DNA of 64,000 bases from the human T2T-CHM13v2.0 reference genome, Homo sapiens: NCBI RefSeq assembly GCF_009914755.1, contig NC_060939.1; one strand, written 5' to 3'. Below the pieces are notes generated by a model that worked only from the letters and a program-made list of their open reading frames with translations, was not told the origin of the DNA and made no database searches. This document shows, in pieces, positions 54,566-64,000 of the stretch (position 1 is the first letter of the stretch; the number at the start of each line of letters is the position of its first letter). The position numbers and the translations under genes were made by a program.

Positions 54566-54845
54566 TTTTTTGAGCCCCACTCTGTTGCCCAGGCTGGAGT
54601 GTGCAGTGGTGCAATCTTGGGTCACTGCAGTCTCAACCTCCCGGGCTCAAGCCATCCTTCCACCTCAGCCTCCCTAGTAGCTGAGCCTACAGTGTGTACC
54701 ACCACTCCTGGCTAATTTTTGTATTTTTTGTAGAGACAGGGTTTCACCATGTTGCCCAGGCTGGTCTTGAACTCCTGCTTAAGCAGTTCTTCCACCTGAG
54801 CCTCCCAAAGTGCTGAGATTACAGGCATGAGCCACCACACCTGAC
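54566..54845 (-). repeat. AluJ
   Basis: Alu consensus match. Confidence 0.88.
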
Positions 54846-55481
54846 TTTTTGCCCACTTTTTGATGGGATTTGGTTTTTCACTGTTGAGTTGTTTGAATTC
54901 CTTGTATATTCTGCATATTAGTCCCCTGTGGGATGAACAGCTGGCAATTTTCTCCCATTCAACAGGTTGTCTCTTCACTCTGCTGATTGTTTCCTTTGCT
55001 GAGCAGAAGCTTTTTAGTCTAATACAGACTCAATTCTCTACTTTTGTTTTTGTAGCCTGTGCTTTTGGAGTCTTTGCCATGAAATTTTTGCCTAGAGCAA
55101 TGTTCTGAAGCATTTCCCTTGTTTTCTTCTGGTAGCTTTAGAGTTCCAAGTCTTATATTTAAGTGTTTCATCCATTTTGAGTTGGTTTTGCATGTGGTGA
55201 TAGGCATCTAGTTTCATTTTTCTCGTATGTATATTCAGTTTTCCAGCACCATTGGTTGAAGAGGGTATCCTTTCCCCAATGTTTGTCCTCTCAAAAGTCA
55301 GTTGGGTCTAAATATATGGATTTATTTCTAGGTTGCCTATTCAGTACAGAAGCATTTAAGAAGGAAAGAACCAATATCCAAATCCTTCACTCAGAAAGAG
55401 CCACAATAGTCATTTTGCTGTGTATGTCTTTCCAACTTTTATCCTATCCATGTGGTTTTAACAAAGTTAAAAATTATGACT

Positions 55482-55993
55482 TGTATAATAGGCAGCCTTC
55501 TAAAATGGCTTTCATTCATCCCATCTTCTAGTACTCACACTTTTTTATAATTCCTTCACCTTGAGTGTGGGCTGAACCTTAGTTAGTGACTTGCTTCTAA
55601 CAAATAGAATACAGCAAAAGTGTCAATGTCAATTTCAAGATTAGGTCATAAAAGACTGAATTGCATCGTGCCAGCATTTTCTCTCTTTGGCTCTTCTCAC
55701 ATGCCTGCCCTGATAGAGGCGGCTGCCTGGTCAGATGAGGGAAGCCTCATTCCAACAGCCTCAAGGAACTAAATCCAGACAAAATCTATGAGACTGAGCT
55801 TGGGAGCAGATACTGCACCAGTCAAGTCTTCAGATGGGAACACAGCCCTGGGCAATACTTTGATTGTAACCTCATGACAAACTCTGAAGAAAAGAACCCA
55901 GCCTAGGCTGACCCATGCACTCTGAAATAATAAATGTGTGTTGTTTTAAGCCCTACATTTTGTAATGATTTGTTACACAGCAACTGGTAAAAC
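55482..55993 (+). mobile_element. MLT1 (E/F-like) MaLR LTR
   Basis: GACTTGCTTCTAACAAATAGAATACAGCAAAAGTG; AATAAATGTGTGTTGTTTTAAGCC. Confidence 0.75.
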
Positions 55994-56277
55994 ATGCATA
56001 TAATTTTATAGATGATTTTCAAAGCCTAACAACATAACATAAGCACTCTGCCAGGTTATTATACCTCTCTGTAAACTTTGTTTGCTTGTTGTCTAATACT
56101 TCATCCATGATTTGCTTAACCATTGTGCTATTGCTGAACATATGAATTGTTTTCCAGTTTTCACTGCATGGTTAACACTATTATGCATAAAGCATTGTCT
56201 TTAAGATGATTTCTTCAGACCAGGCATCCATAAGAATTATTAGGTCAAAGAGTATGACCCCAAAAAGTTTATCATGA

Positions 56278-56964
<687 letters not shown>

Positions 56965-57204
56965 CTCTCATTCTCCTTTAAATCCTAATTATATGAACCA
57001 AATTACCTGACAAAGCTCTCACAGAGGCAGGCTGAGAGCCAAGGATTTGGTTGGGATTAGAAAGTAAGATCTTAAAGAAGCCATAAAGCAGAGGTTCAGG
57101 CTCAAGTTGCCTTTTATGAGGCTCAGGGTGCATCTTCTAGTTTCTGTTTACTACAAACTCAAACAGGATGCCTCAGCAAACCAGTTCTCATTGTTTCTTA
57201 TGGT

Positions 57205-57535
57205 TCCCATCAATTAGCTGTGAGAGCTTGGGCAAGTTATTAATACTTAACCACTCCGTGCCTCGATGTCCTCATATATAAAAGTGGAGGATGAAAATAA
57301 TACCTACATAATAGCGTGTTGTGAAAATTAACTATTTAAAATATGTAAAGTGCTTCCTATGTGTGTGGCACATAGTGAATGCTATATATGTGTTATTCCC
57401 GTTTTCAGAGAAGGGTAATTTGCTGATGAAAAGTTGGGCAGACCTGGCTTTCAATTCCCTCTCCACTGATTCTGAGCTGTGTGACCTTGGACAAAAAAAC
57501 TTAGATTCTTCTAAACTAATTTTCTCCATCCTCAA
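57205..57535 (+). repeat. Two MIR fragments
   Basis: TTGGGCAAGTTA.. and GCTGTGTGACCTTGGACAA cores. Confidence 0.65.
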
Positions 57536-57539
57536 ATCA

Positions 57540-57992
57540 GGCCATGAAGCTAATGAAGCTTAAGCTTTGGGACTACTTACTTGCTAAGGCTCTCTACCTA
57601 ATTTTGTATTATAACTGTATCACTGCAATTTAATCTTTTAAAGAAAGTCCTCTGAATTTTTTTTTTTTAAGAGAGTCTCATTCTGTCACCCAGGCTGGAG
57701 TGCAGTGGCGTGATCATAGCTCACACTATGATCGAACTCCTAGGCTCAAGTGATCCTCCCATCTCAGCCTCCCAAATTTAGCTAGGAGTACAGGCATGCA
57801 CCACCACGCCTGGCTAATTTTTTATTTTTTGTAGAGACGGGGGTCTCACTGTGTTGCCCAGGCTGATCTAGAACTCCTAGGCTCAAGTGATCCTACAGCC
57901 TTGGCCTCTCAAAGTGCTGAGATTACAGGCATAAGCCACCATGCCTGGCCGTCTCTATTTTATAAGCTTCATAAAACCTGGATCCATCCCTA
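57540..57992 (-). mobile_element. MER53-like hAT MITE with an internal AluJ
   Basis: ATGAAGCTAATGAAGCTTAAGCTT...AAAACCTGGATCCATCCCT. Confidence 0.6.
57657..57950 (-). repeat. AluJ
   Basis: Alu consensus match. Confidence 0.9.
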
Positions 57993-58020
57993 AGAAGGGG
58001 GTAAAATAACAGTACAGTCA

Positions 58021-58342
58021 GGCCAGGTGCAGTGGCTCACACCTGTAATCCCAAAATTTGAGAGGCTGAGGCGGGTGGATCACTTGAACTCGGGAGCTTG
58101 AGACCAGCCTGGGCAAAATGACAAAGCCCTGTCTCTACAAAAAAATACAAAAAACAAAATTAGCTGGGCATGGTGGTGCACACCTGTAGTCCAAGCTACT
58201 TGTGGGGGGCTGAGGCAAGAGGATCACTTGAGCCCAGGAGGTCGAGGCGGCAGTGAGCCATGTTTGTGCAACTGCATTCCAGGCTGGGTGACAAAGTGAG
58301 ACCCTGTTTCAACAACAATAATAATAATAATAATAATAATAA
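58021..58342 (+). repeat. AluJ with (AAT)n tail
   Basis: Alu consensus match. Confidence 0.9.
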
Positions 58343-58422
58343 TAGTACATCATGTGTCACAAACAGCATTTCAGTAAACAATGGATTGCATATATGACAG
58401 TGGTCCCATAAGATTATAATGG

Positions 58423-59202
58423 GGCCAGGTGCGGTGGGTCCCTCCTGTAATCCCAGCATTTTGGGAGGTCGAGGCAGGTGGATCACCTGAGGTCGGGAGT
58501 TCGAGACCAGCCTGACCAATATGGAAAAACCCCATCTCTACTAAATGCGGGGGTCTGTCCTGCAGACCCTGACCCAACAATGGATGAATAATGTACATTG
58601 ACATATAGATATTCTGCTTTGCCAATCCGGCTGAGTGTCCGTGCCACTTACAGACACCAAGGAAGGTTCTGTACAGAGTCAGCAGCCATGGCCTCGACTT
58701 ATCAGCGAGACTTGCATTCAGTAAGGATTAATTGAGAAAGGTCGTGAGTAAACACACCTGTGGGTAAGTAATTAACCTGGTCGCCCCCACCCTGGAGGGA
58801 GCTACCACGCACCGGTGAATGATCAAAGGTTGGTCTTAAGACCACATGAATAAACAAGCTAGTTAGATAAACTACTCTACCTTCCTTTGTACCCACTTTA
58901 AGCTATTTACTCAAGGTAAGAATTAGGTTGCCTTCAGCCATAACCTTATCCTGAGACTTTTGCAAAAACCTTCAGGCCTTCCAAGAAGGTTTGTGGCTTA
59001 TAATTTTCCCCACCAACCTGACTGAACCCCCACAACTAAAAATACAAAATTAGCTGGGCATGGTGGTGCATGCCTGTAATCCCAGCTACTCAGGAGGCTG
59101 AGACACGAGAATCGCTTGAACCTGGGTTGCGGTGAGCCAAGAGTGCACCATTGCACTCCAGCCTGGGCAACAAGAGCAAAATTCCGTCTCAAAAAAAAAA
59201 AA
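58423..59202 (+). repeat. AluSp-like split by LTR22
   Basis: GGTCGGGAG, CCTGACCAA and AACAAGAGC diagnostics; TSD ATTATAATGG. Confidence 0.9.
58546..59034 (-). mobile_element. LTR22 solo LTR (HERV-K HML-5) inside an AluSp-like element
   Basis: Reverse complement begins TGTGGGGGTTCAGTCAGGTTGGTGGGGAAAA; perfect 6-bp TSD ACTAAA at 58540-58545 / 59035-59040. Confidence 0.85.
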
Positions 59203-59482
59203 TTATAATGGAACTTAAAATTCCTATCACCTAGTGACATTATAGCTGCTGACATTATTCACATGTTGAGGGTGATAGCACAACATATTACTTGTATGTT
59301 TGGGGTGATGCTGGTGTAAACAAACCCACTGTGCTGTAGTCATACAAACATGTATAGTAATGTCCTAGGCCTTCATATTCACTCACTGTTTACTGATGAA
59401 CTCACTCAGAGCAACTTCTAGTCCTGCAAACTCCATTCATGGTAAGTGCCCTATATACATGTACCATATGTATACCATACCA

Positions 59483-59753
59483 TTTTTTTCTTTTCTTTTT
59501 TGAGATGGGGTCTTGCTGTGTTGCCCAGGCTGATCTCAAACTCCTAGTCTCAAGTGATCATCCTTCCTCAGCCTCCCAAGAAGCTAGGACTACAGGTACA
59601 TGCCATCAGGCCTGGCTAATTTTTTTTAAAAATTTTAGGGACGGGGTCTCACTATGTTGCCCAGGCTAATCTTGAACTCCTGGCCTCGAGCATTCCTTCT
59701 GCCTTGGCCTCCCAAAGCACTAGGATTACAGTCAGGAGCCATCACGCCGGGCC
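59483..59753 (-). repeat. Dimer of left-arm-like (FLAM) Alu monomers
   Basis: Both halves lack the right-arm GGAGTGCAGTGG insert. Confidence 0.75.
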
Positions 59754-59992
59754 CATTTTTAATCTTTTTTACAGTATTTTTACTGTACCTTTTCTATGTT
59801 TAGACATGTTTAGATACACAAAACTTACCATTGTGTTACAATTGCCTACAGTATTCAGTACAGTAACATGCTATACAGGTTTGTAGCCTAGGAGCAATAG
59901 GTTACACCATATAGCCTAGGTGTGTAGTAGGCCATGCCATCTACGTTTGTGTAGGACACTCTATGATGTTCTCACAACAAAGAAATCACCTA

Positions 59993-60406
<414 letters not shown>

Positions 60407-60956
60407 TGAAATAGTTTCTGGCACATAGAAAGTCCCGAATAATATATAGTAGCTACTTCTTTGGAACGTATGACTGCAGAATTTATTTTTCTCCTTTTTT
60501 TCCTTTTAAATACGTAACCACTTCAGAAAACTCAATTTACAAAAACCCAAATTTTGGAAGCGAGAATAAGCCAGTGGGTAATAATTCTAGTTATAAAATG
60601 ACTCACTAACCATTGTTAGGCTCTTTACATTTTTACTTGATGTCTTAAAAGCAGTGATCCATCCACTGAGCAAACACAATGATTGAGACACTATAAATGC
60701 TTTGAAATCCTGAGAGGGCAGACCCTGCGGAGAACAGGAATAAACGGACCTTTGGCATCCTGTGCGGCTCCTGTCGAAGTGCTGGAAGCCAGAAGGGGCT
60801 TCTCACTCACTGGACTGAAGAGGGATTCACCATCTTCCCAGCTAGACCCCAAGTCCTGAGCCTCACATTCCTTTAACTTCCTCTTCCCTCCAGCCAACCC
60901 AGTCCATTTGGAAATTCCTAGAATTTCAGCCTGATCCTTCCTCAAGAACAAAGTGG

Positions 60957-61257
<301 letters not shown>

Positions 61258-61806
61258 AACAAAGTGGGAGGCAGCATTTCCTGCCGAGGCCTTCTGACCT
61301 GGCATCAGATAAGCTGGCTCTAGACAAGGGTGACGGCCCTGAATCAGATGGCTCTGGCACTGCATCTAAGGGGACAGGGCACACTGGGTCAGAACAGACC
61401 TTCTGGCACGGGGCAGTGTAGGATGGACAGCCCCACTGTCCCTGAAGGTTGCTAGAGCTGCAGCCGCAGCCCCAGCCCCAGGCCCCTGCTAGAGCTCCCA
61501 GGAGGACTCCCTGTAGCCAGATATTCCATGATGCTGTGGGAACTGGCCTGAGTCCAGAGGTCTTCTGAAATTCTGAGTCAATCCTCAGGAGAGGAAGTAT
61601 CCACTAGGCGTGGGAGCCTGAGTGACCATTTAAAAAGCTGCAGAGAGCCCAGAGCCACCTGTAGTCCCAGCATACGGCCCAGAGGTTCCTGTGGCCCAGC
61701 ACTCTCTGGGCTGTGGTTGACACAGCTCAGAGAGCAAAATCATAGCTAACCCTAACATAATAGCAGCTCACTCTCACTTCCTTAAGAAGAGTCCTGCTTT
61801 AAGCAT

Positions 61807-62222
61807 TGTATTAGTTTCCTGTGGATGCTGTAATAAATTGCCAGACACTGGGTGGCTTAAAACAACAAGAACTTATTTTCTCACAGTTCTGGAAACCGGA
61901 ACCTGAAAAGGTATTTGGCTGGGCCAAGCTCCCTCCAAAGGCTCAAGAGGAGACTCCTTCCTTGACCCTTCTAGCTCCTGGTGGCCCCAGGTGTTCTTTG
62001 GTGTGTGGCTGCCTCACTCCAACCTCCTCCTCCCTGCATGTCTCCTCCTCCCTGCATGTCTCCTCCTCTTCTGCCCCTGTCATTGTCATTGGATTTAGGG
62101 CCCACTTGGATAATCCAAGATGATCTCCTTATCTCAAGATCCCTGACTTAATTACATCTGCAAAGACTCTTTTCCCAAATAAGGTGACATTCACAGGTTT
62201 TGGGGTTAGAACATGGACCTCT
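61807..62222 (-). mobile_element. MLT1 (B/C-like) MaLR LTR
   Basis: TGTATTAGTTTCCT..GGTGGCTTAAAACAACA; TTAATTACATCTGCAAAGAC. Confidence 0.8.
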
Positions 62223-62531
62223 CTGTTACGTGTACTAACTTCTATCCTCACAACAACCCTATTTTAAAAAGTGCTCTTATTTGATAGATGGAGAACTCAG
62301 GTATAGGCAGTTAAGGAATTTGGCCGAGGTCACACAGCCAGGAGGTAGCATAGTCACTATATCATATTGCCCCTCCCATAAGTCCTGGGGTCCCAGACAC
62401 AAGAGCGTTCCCACAAGAGTGACTAAGGGGGTCTGGGACACAGGAAGCCAAACCTTGTTACATAACCTCGCCATTCCATACACACCTGGACATTTGATGA
62501 AATGACTGAAATAATATTCAAATAGATGAAG

Positions 62532-62835
<304 letters not shown>

Positions 62836-63179
62836 TGAAATAAAATGGATGAGAGTGCCATGAGGAAGGATTTCAGGTAAAAGGACAAGTGCCATTTCAT
62901 TCACACTTCCCATTGGGAATGGCGTCTGGAACTTGGTAAGCACTGAATCCATGCTGGTCATTATCATGCACATTCCTAGCAGCCAGGGAACAAGAAGGGG
63001 AGAACTAGCACAATGGGAGACACAGTCTCTCTATCCTTGCAGGTGGCCCTTGCCTGGCAGGCTCTGGTACCAGTCTGACCTGACACCTCTGCACCCTCTC
63101 CTATAGGGAAACTGAGGCATGGTGACATAAAATTAGAATCTGAGTTACGCAACTAAAATCAAACCAATGTTCCTAAGTT

Positions 63180-64000
63180 AATCATAGAATTAGCGGCGTA
63201 ATCCAGCAATTCCACTCCCAGGTATTCAACTCCTAAGAACTGAAAACAAGTGTTCGAACAAAAACGTATACACAAATGTTCACAGCAACATTCTTCACAA
63301 TAGCCAAAAGGTAGAAACAACTAGATGTCACCAACCAATAAATGGATAAAAGTGGAATATCCATGCAATGAAATATTATTCAGTCATAAAAAGGAATGAA
63401 GTACTACATGCTACAACATGAACCAACCTAAGAAACATTCTGCTAAGTGAAAGAAGACAGATACAAAAGGCCTTATATTGTATAATGCCATTTATTTATT
63501 TTTTAATTTGTTTTTGAGATGGAGTCTCACTCTGTCACCCAGGTAGGAGTGCAGTGGCACCATCTCAGCCCACCGCAACCCCCACGCCCTGGGTTCAAGT
63601 GATTCTCCTGCCTCAGCCTCTGTAGTAGCTGGGACTACAGGTACCACCACCATGCCTGGCTAATTTCTGCATTTTTAGTAGAGACGGGGTTTCACCATTT
63701 TGGCCAGGATGGTTTCGATCTCCTGACCTCCTGATCCACCTGCCTCGGCCTCTCAAAGTGCTGGGATTACAGGCGTGAGCCACCGCACCCAGCCGTATGA
63801 TGCCATTTATATGAAATACCCAGACTAGGCAAATCTGTAGAGACAGAAAATAGATTGGTGGTTGCAGGGGGTAGGGGAAAAGGGGAGTGGGGAATGACGG
63901 CTTCATAGGTAGAAAGATTTCCATTTGGAATGTTGGAATGATGGAATATGCTGGAACTAGATAGTGGGTAAGTTTGCACAAAATTGTGAATGTACTAAGT
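63180..64000 (+). mobile_element. L1MB-type 3' end with an internal Alu, continuing past the window
   Basis: CCAGCAATTCCACTCCCAGGTAT..AATAGCCAAAAGGTAGAAACAAC. Confidence 0.8.
63490..63794 (-). repeat. AluSc-like
   Basis: TSD ATGCCATTTAT. Confidence 0.92.

Overview
Human/primate-type, repeat-saturated genomic DNA with no intact protein-coding gene, RNA gene or CRISPR array that I can support. About 59 Alu copies or fragments cover roughly a quarter of the window. It also holds two decayed non-coding MER4-group ERV internal regions, about 20 LTRs (LTR8, MER9, MER11, MER4, MER39 x2, MER41A, LTR2B, LTR12, LTR22, MER51, MaLRs and others), a long fragmented L1MA, several DNA-transposon fossils, and two processed pseudogenes (HMGN1, KRT18). 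The most notable features are: (1) a young SVA_F-like element whose target-site duplication encloses about 570 bp of foreign 5'-transduced DNA, apparently including the parent element's TSD; (2) a 116-bp palindromic U5-U5 structure replacing the 5' LTR of a MER4 provirus; (3) a Ricksha MULE transposase fossil with readable catalytic motifs; (4) several templated or fold-back repair scars; (5) two betaretroviral LTRs integrated 8 bp apart in Alu coordinates. Repeat family names come from my recall of consensus sequences, not from a database search. Most boundaries are approximate unless a TSD is given. I found no evidence of a wholly new biological system: these are locus-specific examples of known mechanisms.
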